Counted from the stretch's first letter, positions 54,677-62,558 are shown. The stretch: DNA of 64,000 bases from Candidatus Roizmanbacteria bacterium (GCA_024654535.1 JANLHL010000016.1:160626-224625), one strand, 5' to 3'. Made by a program: numbers and translations. The notes: generated by a model not told the origin, from the sequence alone.

Positions 54677-54729
54677 TGGTTTTCAAGACTTCCAGAAAAT
54701 ATCCGCCCGCTAGCCGGGCGGATTTTTTT
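54640..54729 (+). promoter_or_regulatory. Four-segment terminator/antiterminator (attenuator-like) structure
   Basis: Four segments: A CATCCTCC (54640-54647), B GGGCGGATG (54663-54671), C ATCCGCCCG (54701-54709), D CGGGCGGAT (54715-54723) followed by T-run to 54729. A:B pairs 7 of 8, B:C is 8 bp perfect, C:D is 9 bp perfect plus the U-tract, which makes an intrinsic terminator. B and D are direct repeats competing for C. Confidence 0.6.
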
Positions 54730-54761
54730 ATAAGTTAAAACAGGAATGGAGATGAATATAT

Positions 54762-54959
54762 ATGCCAGATATAGATACACAAACAGGTACTGAATATGTA
54801 TTACCAGTAACAGTAGATACCGCAGTCATAGCAATAGGAACAGCTGCTACAGTATCTGCTGTAGAAGCGCAACGACTGTTATTAGAACAAGTCCATGCAC
54901 AGTATGGTACCGATCCTAGACAAATAGCTGCAGCATTTCAAAATTCAGGAATGCAATAA
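54762..54959 (+). CDS. Small hypothetical protein (65 aa)
   Basis: MPDIDTQTGTEYVLPVTVDTAVIAIGTAATVSAVEAQRLLLEQVHAQYGTDPRQIAAAFQNSGMQ. One of the few starts with a GGAG (54748-54751) 10 nt upstream. Bracketed by the attenuator and a strong terminator. Confidence 0.55.
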   Translation: MPDIDTQTGTEYVLPVTVDTAVIAIGTAATVSAVEAQRLLLEQVHAQYGTDPRQIAAAFQNSGMQ

Positions 54960-54974
54960 TTACTACACAAAATC

Positions 54975-55016
54975 AAAATGAGGCCACATTTGATCGGGTG
55001 TTAGTGGCCTCATTTT
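54975..55016 (+). terminator. Strong hairpin terminator (13-bp perfect stem)
   Basis: aaaatgaggccac (54975-54987) pairs perfectly with gtggcctcatttt (55004-55016). The 3' arm ends in TTTT. The hairpin is symmetric, so it could act in both directions. Confidence 0.7.
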
Positions 55017-55087
55017 CGCTCTGTATGATAGAATATAGACAAGCACGATATCTGTCTTTATACAAGTAAAGAAGAAGTGCATCAATA

Positions 55088-55504
55088 ATGTCAGTAGATA
55101 ACTTAAGACGTCGCTTCACACACATATTTTTATCGGCAATGATCGCGCTGACCATATCTAGTTGCGTTGATAGGCAAAATTCATTAGACGAGGCCACTCC
55201 ACCCTGCTTGCCCGTAGAATGGGTTCAATTGATCCCTCGGGGAGATTTTACATACATAGGTTCAGTAATAGTAATGAATAGTGGAGGTGAGCTTATTGTA
55301 GATCCAAATACACGAAATCAACCGACTGTAAAGGACGGGAATATAGTAATGACAACAAATGATGGGGTACAAGTTGCTGTTAATCCAGATAATAACTTGA
55401 TGTTATTTAATCAAGGTCTTGCACACTATTTCATTTATCCCCAACAAGAACCATACGACTCTATCAGAGCTACTGTTATTAAAACATGTGATCAAGCAAT
55501 TTAA
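55088..55504 (+). CDS. Small putative lipoprotein
   Basis: MSVDNLRRRFTHIFLSAMIALTISSCVDRQ: signal peptide plus lipobox ISSC. No family recognised. Confidence 0.6.
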   Translation: MSVDNLRRRFTHIFLSAMIALTISSCVDRQNSLDEATPPCLPVEWVQLIPRGDFTYIGSVIVMNSGGELIVDPNTRNQPTVKDGNIVMTTNDGVQVAVNPDNNLMLFNQGLAHYFIYPQQEPYDSIRATVIKTCDQAI

Positions 55505-55534
55505 ATAAAAGCTTATTCGTTACTTTTATTCTTT

Positions 55535-55559
55535 ATTTGTACATATTTTATGTACAAAT
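55535..55559. promoter_or_regulatory. Perfect 11-bp-arm AT-rich palindrome (TGTACA half-sites) upstream of tdk
   Basis: atttgtacata-ttt-tatgtacaaat. Lies 31 nt after the lipoprotein stop and about 65 nt before the tdk -10 box. It could be an operator or a weak terminator. Confidence 0.45.
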
Positions 55560-55637
55560 AGTCTCTCTTCGTTAGTGCTTTCTATAGGATACACACATAT
55601 ATTGCGTATATTGTACGTTCACGTTACAATTGGTCGT

Positions 55638-56234
55638 ATGAATACCTCACTTACCGTAATAACAGGCCCTATGTTTAGCGGGAAAAGCGAAGAGTTGGTA
55701 CGACATCTGCGGCGATATGCCATTGCAAATATTCCAGCAAAAGTATTTAATCACGCTCTCGACATACGCTATGGCAAAAAAAAGATTATTTCACATTCGA
55801 AGGAATCGTGGGATTCAATTCCGATAAAAACAGGGGCACAAATACTTTCTCAAATAACGGCTGACACAAAAGTCGTTGTCATAGACGAGGTACAATTTTT
55901 TAACGAAGACGTTATTATGGTTATTTCCCATATGCTCTACCGTAACATAAATGTTATTGCTGCTGGACTCGATACCGACTTTCGCGGTGAACCTTTTGGC
56001 CCAATAGGATCGCTACTATGCATGGCAGAAAAGATCATAAAATTAAAGGCAGTCTGTAGCGTATGTCACGAATGGAACGCAACTCGTACGCAACGACTAC
56101 TAAATAATGGGGAACCAGCACCCTACACTGATCCGCTCATAAAAGTGGGCGCACTCGATTCATACCAGGCTCGTTGTCATAGTCATCATGATCTTCCGGA
56201 AGCCCCATTCAATACTATTTTACAAAAAAAATGA
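55638..56234 (+). CDS. tdk: Thymidine kinase
   Basis: LTVITGPMFSGKSEEL (P-loop), VIDEVQFF, zinc-ribbon cysteines CSVC ... ARCHSHH. ATG 55638 preferred over track start 55575. TACAAT 55625-55630 lies 7 nt upstream. Confidence 0.9.
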   Translation: MNTSLTVITGPMFSGKSEELVRHLRRYAIANIPAKVFNHALDIRYGKKKIISHSKESWDSIPIKTGAQILSQITADTKVVVIDEVQFFNEDVIMVISHMLYRNINVIAAGLDTDFRGEPFGPIGSLLCMAEKIIKLKAVCSVCHEWNATRTQRLLNNGEPAPYTDPLIKVGALDSYQARCHSHHDLPEAPFNTILQKK

Positions 56235-56812
56235 AACGACTATTTTCATACATACCGTCAATCTCAACACTAGAAAGATACATACTCCCAAGCTTACTAA
56301 TACTTTTTTTTATCCAATTTCACTACTATAAATTTTATGCTCAAAAATTCGGTGAAATTGCACACTACACAGATACGTCGAAACCAAATATGTACGAACA
56401 AATTCAAAACCAACACCAATACGCAGAGCTCTATCAGCTTGCCAACAAATATAGAAATACCAATGTTCAATTATTTCTTGTAACAACTCTCCAGGAAAGG
56501 GAATATCTCGATTATGTGACTACCTACTATCAAAATCAAAATAGTAATCAAAAAAAAACTCCCGTATACCTCACTGAATTAAAATTAATGACAAACTACT
56601 TCTTCTATCCGAGAGTAGTACGCAGTTATTCGCTTCGTCAATTTAAGAAACTAAAACCTATTCCCAATTCAATCGTCATAGCAGATCTAGATTTACGATA
56701 TTCTTTACCGATACAATCCACACTTGTCCAGATACCGACTGGACCAAAGCAATATATTATGAATATTAAAAAAGTTCCAAAGCCATATTATTTATTTAAT
56801 GTAACACAATGA
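56231..56812 (+). CDS. Hypothetical membrane-anchored protein
   Basis: 193 aa with one N-terminal TM helix (LPSLLILFFIQF). ATGA overlaps on both sides (tdk upstream, membrane protein downstream). Confidence 0.6.
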   Translation: MKRLFSYIPSISTLERYILPSLLILFFIQFHYYKFYAQKFGEIAHYTDTSKPNMYEQIQNQHQYAELYQLANKYRNTNVQLFLVTTLQEREYLDYVTTYYQNQNSNQKKTPVYLTELKLMTNYFFYPRVVRSYSLRQFKKLKPIPNSIVIADLDLRYSLPIQSTLVQIPTGPKQYIMNIKKVPKPYYLFNVTQ

Positions 56813-58188
56813 GAGAGTGGATATTTATCGCTAGTTGTTTCATCCTTTTTCAATATGTCATAGGATATATTTTTTTATCTTTTCTGTGGAAAAATTACAA
56901 AATAAGTATGCTCATATATGTACCCATTGCGTGGGTTATCGGGAATGCCCTCAGTATACCGCTACTCTATTGTTTGGCTTTTTATAATTTACTCGGTTAC
57001 ATTACCCCCTTTACTGGCTTAGTTGTCTTCACGCTCTCATGTTTCGTAGCCATAGCCGTTACAGTATCTAACAAAAATGCCGTTCACATTTCTAAACGTC
57101 ATATTGTACTACTGAGCGTGGTCTTGCTGTTTTTTTTCCCGCTCATAAAAAATAGTGTTTTTTCATTTCTCATAGAATGGGATGCTGTTGCTGAGTGGTT
57201 TATGAAGGCGCAGTCATTTTTCTATTCACCTGGAATTTGGGGAAATCAACTTTTTCAAAACAGTGCTTTTCTGTATACAGAGCGTTCATATCCCTTAGGA
57301 GGTTCTTTACTCATTTCTGTTTTTTACCGATTGGTCGGCTTTGTAAATGACCAAACAGTGCAGCTATACTTGCTTTTTTTCTACTTAAATAGCGTCATAC
57401 TTGGACTCGGTTTTCTAAACGATAGAATTCGTAACATTTCTCTATTAAGCGTGCTACTTATAGTCCTTAGCTTTTTCATTAGTCCATTGTTTATCTTCTT
57501 CTCACACAATGGCTATATGGATATGGTTATTGCCAACGTATTCATAAGTGTAGTTGTGCTCTATATTTTTCTTCTCGAAGATAAAAAACAACGCATAGCC
57601 CAATACCTTATACCCATAACGCTCATCGCTGGTGCTGGAATGTTGATTAAAAACGAAGGAGTTCCTTTATTTATTCTGAGCATTATTTTTTCGTATCTCA
57701 CCGCACTGTTCAAATACAAGAGAATGAAACCCGTAGCTATATCTGGAACTGTACTCATATATCCTCTTTTAGCTAAGACCATGTGGGAGTATTATAAATC
57801 GGCAAGTAATATCAATTATTATTTCAATCCTATCGGATTTGAAGATATCCGTAGTCGGACAACATTAATAGTCTCTCACTACTTAAATACACTGCAGTAC
57901 ACACCCACACAAGGCGTTACGCTTATACTTGCGTTCTTTTTACTCATTATTTTTACCACTATACTTATCGCTAAACGCCAATATATAACACTCTTACCCC
58001 AACTATTGCTTCTTTTACAGCTTGGGTCATACACATATTTTTATCTCGTTACATCACTCCCTCTCGATATACAATTACCCGCTTCATTTGATCGGCTTGT
58101 ACTTCAGCTTCTGCCAGCGTTATTTGTGGTGTTGGTGTATCAGGGAGAAAAAGTAACAAAAATATTTTCTAATAAGCAGTTTGTATGA
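56809..58188 (+). CDS. Polytopic membrane protein (GT-C-like, unassigned)
   Basis: 459 aa with more than 10 hydrophobic helices. No clear acidic-loop motif (IEWDAVAEWF). Confidence 0.5.
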   Translation: MREWIFIASCFILFQYVIGYIFLSFLWKNYKISMLIYVPIAWVIGNALSIPLLYCLAFYNLLGYITPFTGLVVFTLSCFVAIAVTVSNKNAVHISKRHIVLLSVVLLFFFPLIKNSVFSFLIEWDAVAEWFMKAQSFFYSPGIWGNQLFQNSAFLYTERSYPLGGSLLISVFYRLVGFVNDQTVQLYLLFFYLNSVILGLGFLNDRIRNISLLSVLLIVLSFFISPLFIFFSHNGYMDMVIANVFISVVVLYIFLLEDKKQRIAQYLIPITLIAGAGMLIKNEGVPLFILSIIFSYLTALFKYKRMKPVAISGTVLIYPLLAKTMWEYYKSASNINYYFNPIGFEDIRSRTTLIVSHYLNTLQYTPTQGVTLILAFFLLIIFTTILIAKRQYITLLPQLLLLLQLGSYTYFYLVTSLPLDIQLPASFDRLVLQLLPALFVVLVYQGEKVTKIFSNKQFV

Positions 58189-58287
58189 TTTGTGAGTGAT
58201 CACTACTCTCGTTTGCGGATAATCTAAGTTGGTTCGATCACGAACAAATTATAATAACTGCGAGTAATAATAACTTAATTCAATTGT

Positions 58288-59412
58288 TTACTTATTGATT
58301 TTTTCATTGAGCGCTTTGCTCAACGCTACGCTTTCCTGACTCATCCTAACAACCGAATCCCACATGAATAAATCATCTTGAGACATAGTTGAGTTACTTT
58401 CTAAACGAGAAATGAGCGTTTCGCAGAAAACTATTTGTCTATTCAAAGAATCTATGAGTGGATCAACTTCTTCACGCGAAAGGTAGTCGTATCCTTTTTC
58501 CCAACTTGTTCTGGCATCCTTGACTTGAGAAAGATACTTCTTCAGTACATCAATATCTAACTGTGCTTTTGCTTCAGGAACATCGATACTTTCGACCTGG
58601 CTTTGTGAACTGCTTTGTGAAGACGCAACCTGTGTAACATTTGGAATTGTGGTATCTTTCCCTTCGGCAATAAGGTTATTTACCAAGGGAGCGACCAAAT
58701 GAGATGAAAGTGCGTTTCCCAAGCCTTCGAGTGGTCGAGGTAATTTTTCATTTGACCAGCTCTCTTTTGCAGTCACCACTCCAATGACACCGCATTTATT
58801 GACTAATGGACCGCCTGAATTGCCAGGATTCAAAGGTGCATCTGTTTGTATAAATTCAAGCCCACTTTCATAATGATTTATGCGCGAGAATATTCCTTTT
58901 GTAATCGTTGAGTCGCCACCAGGCTCATTGGGCCATCCTATGGCATATAGGCTTTCGGCTAGCGCAAGGGTCGATGAATCTTGCCATGTGCACGTTGGTA
59001 TCAAACCTGATTGTGGTAATTTCAAAACAGCAATATCGAATGTAGGGGAGTAGTTCCATAAGCTCACTTTTTGCTTTTGGCCAGCTGTAATTATATAGAG
59101 ACTGTGCGCACCTTCAATAACGTGTTTATTAGTAACCACAAACCCATCACGAATAGAAAACCCTGTTCCATGACCACCATCGTCGCGCAACACCATGACC
59201 GTGCATCGTTTTACTGTAGTAAGCATATTTTGCTCATTGCATGAAGACGTGTCTGTTTCTAGTATAGGCGCAGGTTTTTTTTGTGAAGATGAAGAAGTGG
59301 AATCTGAATTATGAATATTTTTGGGCAACAAAAATCGTATATCTAATCTTGCAATCATCAAACCCAAAATGACTGCAGCGATAATGAGCAATAGTGCTGT
59401 AATAAATTTCAT
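58288..59412 (-). CDS. Membrane-anchored trypsin-like serine protease (S1C/HtrA-like, no PDZ seen)
   Basis: Catalytic triad contexts VVTNKHVIEG (His), DIAVLKL (Asp), NPGNSGGPLVN (Ser). N-terminal TM helix. Ser/Gln-rich linker and helical C-terminal extension. Confidence 0.85.
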   Translation of the reverse strand: MKFITALLLIIAAVILGLMIARLDIRFLLPKNIHNSDSTSSSSQKKPAPILETDTSSCNEQNMLTTVKRCTVMVLRDDGGHGTGFSIRDGFVVTNKHVIEGAHSLYIITAGQKQKVSLWNYSPTFDIAVLKLPQSGLIPTCTWQDSSTLALAESLYAIGWPNEPGGDSTITKGIFSRINHYESGLEFIQTDAPLNPGNSGGPLVNKCGVIGVVTAKESWSNEKLPRPLEGLGNALSSHLVAPLVNNLIAEGKDTTIPNVTQVASSQSSSQSQVESIDVPEAKAQLDIDVLKKYLSQVKDARTSWEKGYDYLSREEVDPLIDSLNRQIVFCETLISRLESNSTMSQDDLFMWDSVVRMSQESVALSKALNEKINK

Positions 59413-59509
59413 AATGCAATTTTTTTTATTCTACTTCAACTTATCGCTTGTTGCAACAAGATCCTTTGTCGTTTCCATACTGGTGAAACTACTAAAATTT
59501 TCTGCTGCC

Positions 59510-59737
59510 TTATACAACGAGGCGGTAATACGTACCTGTTTCATCGACGCCATAATCGATAGAGTGAAAAATTCCACCACCAAATTCTTCCCTTGCCCAT
59601 CTATGAAACTGCTGTTTCAAAACTTGTATCGCACCAGGTGTTAATTGATCGCTCCGCAACAAAACCCAGCCCTCTTCTGCACAATAAATCTCACTAATCT
59701 TACCTTGGACTGGTAACGGTAAATCTGGAGATGACAT
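59510..59737 (-). CDS. Small hypothetical protein (75 aa)
   Basis: No competing ORF. Own extended -10 TGgTATAGT (rc 59743-59751) 5 nt before ATG 59737, matching the window-wide start architecture. Confidence 0.55.
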   Translation of the reverse strand: MSSPDLPLPVQGKISEIYCAEEGWVLLRSDQLTPGAIQVLKQQFHRWAREEFGGGIFHSIDYGVDETGTYYRLVV

Positions 59738-59790
59738 AGTGTACTATACCACACACTTGTCTGAGCTTGAGTGAATCTCACTATAATTAT

Positions 59791-60567
59791 TTATTTCTGC
59801 AAAACTCCCTCGAGCAAAAGCCTCATGCGAGATGACGCTTTGGTCGCCTGAAATAATACCTGCTTATGATCGTGTTTTACAAACGCCAGATTAGTGACAA
59901 AAGACAAACCCAATACCCTCATGCGTAGTGATTTCGCCATGAGCACTTCTGGAACCGTGCTCATACCAACAACGTCAGCCCCTAAAAACTTCAGGGCCAT
60001 TTTATCGGCAGGAGTTTCATAATGAGGACCGCGTACATAACTATACACGCCTTCGTGAAATGAAAAGTTATTTTCTACACATACTTCTTTTGCTTTTTTT
60101 GCAAGCTCAACATCAAAAACGCTGCTCATATCGACAAAATTCGCTCCGAAAAGAGGGTTGTAACTTCCCAGAAAAAGAGTGAGTAGGTCTGAAAGAATTA
60201 TAATATCACCGACAGCATATTTTTCGTTTAAAGCGCCACTCGCAGACGTTATGATGAGTGTTTTAGCAGAAGCTTTTTGAAATAGTTTAATTGGAAGAGT
60301 AGCATCGATACCTGAATGACCTTCGTATGTATGAAAACGACCAGACATACACGCAACTTTTCTTCCACCAATATCGACTATAACTAAACGGCCCTCATGA
60401 CCCGGAACGGTTGACGCAGCGCCAAACAAATCACTATAACCTATGTCAATGATTCGCGTTTTTCCATCGACTATAGAGTTCCAACCGCTGCCGAGCATAA
60501 GCACGGTATCTGGAAAGTGTGGTATAGCTTTTTTCAATATGGCGAACGACTTCTCAAGCGTAAACAT
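59791..60567 (-). CDS. Purine nucleoside phosphorylase (trimeric PNP/MTAP family)
   Basis: VPGHEGRLV, SGRFHTYEGHS and GADVVGMSTVPEVLMA signatures. ATG 60567 preferred. TGtTACAAT (rc 60574-60582) 6 nt upstream. Confidence 0.85.
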   Translation of the reverse strand: MFTLEKSFAILKKAIPHFPDTVLMLGSGWNSIVDGKTRIIDIGYSDLFGAASTVPGHEGRLVIVDIGGRKVACMSGRFHTYEGHSGIDATLPIKLFQKASAKTLIITSASGALNEKYAVGDIIILSDLLTLFLGSYNPLFGANFVDMSSVFDVELAKKAKEVCVENNFSFHEGVYSYVRGPHYETPADKMALKFLGADVVGMSTVPEVLMAKSLRMRVLGLSFVTNLAFVKHDHKQVLFQATKASSRMRLLLEGVLQK

Positions 60568-60574
60568 AGGTGCA

Positions 60575-60604
60575 TTGTAACAAAACTTGCGCAAGAGGTA
60601 TACT
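60575..60604 (+). promoter_or_regulatory. Promoter TTGTAA-18-TATACT, overlapping the divergent PNP promoter
   Basis: ttgtaa 60575-60580, 18-nt spacer, tatact 60599-60604, then 6 nt to ATG 60611. The same 43-bp region carries the minus-strand TGtTACAAT. Confidence 0.45.
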
Positions 60605-60610
60605 CATACC

Positions 60611-60787
60611 ATGACCCAAAAAACCTTTACTATGGCAGGCTTTACCATAGGATCGCTTTTAGGTTCATACATTCCAACACTTTTTGGCGCAGGTATGTTA
60701 TCGTACACTTCTGTGCTCGTTAGCGGTGTAGGTGGTATCGCTGGGATATACATTGGTTATAAACTGGGCTCTAGCTTCGGAAACTAA
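60611..60787 (+). CDS. Small glycine-zipper membrane protein
   Basis: MTQKTFTMAGFTIGSLLGSYIPTLFGAGMLSYTSVLVSGVGGIAGIYIGYKLGSSFGN: two hydrophobic Gly-rich helices. Confidence 0.55.
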   Translation: MTQKTFTMAGFTIGSLLGSYIPTLFGAGMLSYTSVLVSGVGGIAGIYIGYKLGSSFGN

Positions 60788-60818
60788 TACATACAACCTG
60801 ATATACTGAAGCTCGCAC

Positions 60819-62498
60819 ATGAAAAACTTCATAAAAAAAGCGAAAGAAAAACTACACGCTGATTTACCCTTTCTCTCTATCCTTTTCATTTTTATTGTAC
60901 TTTCATCATATCCAGTGTTCAAATCAGGATTTTTTCGCACTATAGATGATATTACCCCCGTAAGAATAGCGTATTTAACGAGGGAACTCATGCATATCGA
61001 TTGGGTCAATCAATTTCCAGTACGTTTATCTGGCGAACTAGCTCATGGATTTGGGTATCCTCTTTACCTATTTTATGCACCGTTGACATACTATGCAGGC
61101 GCTGTCATAATGCTCATTTTGAAAGTAAATAGTATCATAGCAACAAAGGCAGTCTATGTTTTCCCCCTTATTGTAGGACCAGTACTATGCTACTGGGCGG
61201 CACGACAAATACTAAAGCCACTTCCTGCACTCGTTGTCGCTTGTCTATACACACTATTCCCATTCAGAGGATATGACTCATATATTCGGGGAGGCGTAGG
61301 AAAAGCATGGGCTATGGCATTTATACCTGGAGCGTTTGGTGGGATTTTCCTTTCACAGAAAAATAAACATAGTACAGATCGATCAAATGAATTAGGATTT
61401 TTGTTGTTCAGTTTGTTTCTAACTCTCGCAATAATTTCTCACAATATTAGCACCATACTTTTTATACCCCTTTTCTTTCTCTACGGCATCGTTTTCCTTC
61501 TTTCAAAAAAACAGTATTGGTTCTATTTTTTCCTCACCCTCGGCTTGTCTGCTTTTTTTTGGCTTCCTTCTGCGTTCTATCTTAATATAGTAAAAGTTAA
61601 TTACTCAAATCAGAATACCGGCCAACTACTCAATTTCATAGAACCAGTCTCAAATTTATTTCGTGTTACAGTGCCCTATAGAGGCGATGATAGGTATTCT
61701 GTACTTTTTATTCTTTACTACCTTGTTGTATTTACCGCACTCACAATAAAAAAAGACGCACTATCTATTAAACAGAAAAGGGGTTTCATATTTTTTGCAG
61801 TCGTAAGCACTCTTGGATTTGTTGTACTCTTTAAACCTGCGCAAGGATTGTGGGAATTTACTTTGCCCATAACACGGCTTTTGCAGTTTCCATGGCGAAT
61901 ACTTATTATCCTTTCTTTTACCCTGCCACTTTCTTTAGGTTTTGTATTACAAAAAATATCCAGCCGAACGATACAAATCGTATTGGCATTTGTACTTATC
62001 ATAACGAGCCTGTATCACTTAAGTGCATTCAAACCAAAAGAATACTCATTCTTTTTTGAATACAAAGCCGAAGACACGGGCCCGTGTGCAACCAGTTGGG
62101 GAGATGAGTATTTACCAATATGGGTAAAGGATTGCGTAAGTAATCCCTCTACCACAATCGCTTATTTCGACAATCAAAAAAATAGTATTTCCTCATCGCA
62201 CGGTAATTCCACCAATATAACAGTAGTTACCGACTCAAAACAAAAAGCCACCCTTTTTGTAAATAAATATTATTTTCCCGGATGGAAAGCAACGGTAGAC
62301 AACTCTCCCGTGAGTCTCGCGCACCCAAGAACAGTTCACGGCATTTTCTCATTGATAGTACCCAAAGGCAAACATACCACACATATTTTCTTCTCGAAAA
62401 CGCCTATTATGCTTTTGGCAGATCTTGTCTCACTTTTTTCACTCGTATATTTTCTCTTTCGCCTCAAGGTTATTTCTAGACGAAAAATCAACCCCTAG
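60819..62498 (+). CDS. Polytopic membrane protein, PTPS-related/YfhO-like GT-C candidate
   Basis: FRTIDDITPVRIAYLTRELMHIDWVNQFPVRLSGELAHGFGYPLYLFYAPLTYY and C-terminal YYFPGWKATVDNSPVSL resemble PTPS-related/YfhO-type membrane proteins. TGaTATACT 60799-60807 lies 11 nt upstream. Confidence 0.55.
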   Translation: MKNFIKKAKEKLHADLPFLSILFIFIVLSSYPVFKSGFFRTIDDITPVRIAYLTRELMHIDWVNQFPVRLSGELAHGFGYPLYLFYAPLTYYAGAVIMLILKVNSIIATKAVYVFPLIVGPVLCYWAARQILKPLPALVVACLYTLFPFRGYDSYIRGGVGKAWAMAFIPGAFGGIFLSQKNKHSTDRSNELGFLLFSLFLTLAIISHNISTILFIPLFFLYGIVFLLSKKQYWFYFFLTLGLSAFFWLPSAFYLNIVKVNYSNQNTGQLLNFIEPVSNLFRVTVPYRGDDRYSVLFILYYLVVFTALTIKKDALSIKQKRGFIFFAVVSTLGFVVLFKPAQGLWEFTLPITRLLQFPWRILIILSFTLPLSLGFVLQKISSRTIQIVLAFVLIITSLYHLSAFKPKEYSFFFEYKAEDTGPCATSWGDEYLPIWVKDCVSNPSTTIAYFDNQKNSISSSHGNSTNITVVTDSKQKATLFVNKYYFPGWKATVDNSPVSLAHPRTVHGIFSLIVPKGKHTTHIFFSKTPIMLLADLVSLFSLVYFLFRLKVISRRKINP

Positions 62499-62558
62499 AT
62501 ATTGAACACAGACACTTGAGAATAATTAATGGACTTGAAGCTCAAAACAGGATAGTAA

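Noticed and set aside
54508-55197. ORFs 54508..54780 (-) and 54973..55197 (-)
   Set aside because: Both span the regulatory hairpins and terminators on the opposite strand and have no family features. The plus-strand interpretation (leader, small ORF, terminator, lipoprotein gene) explains the region better.
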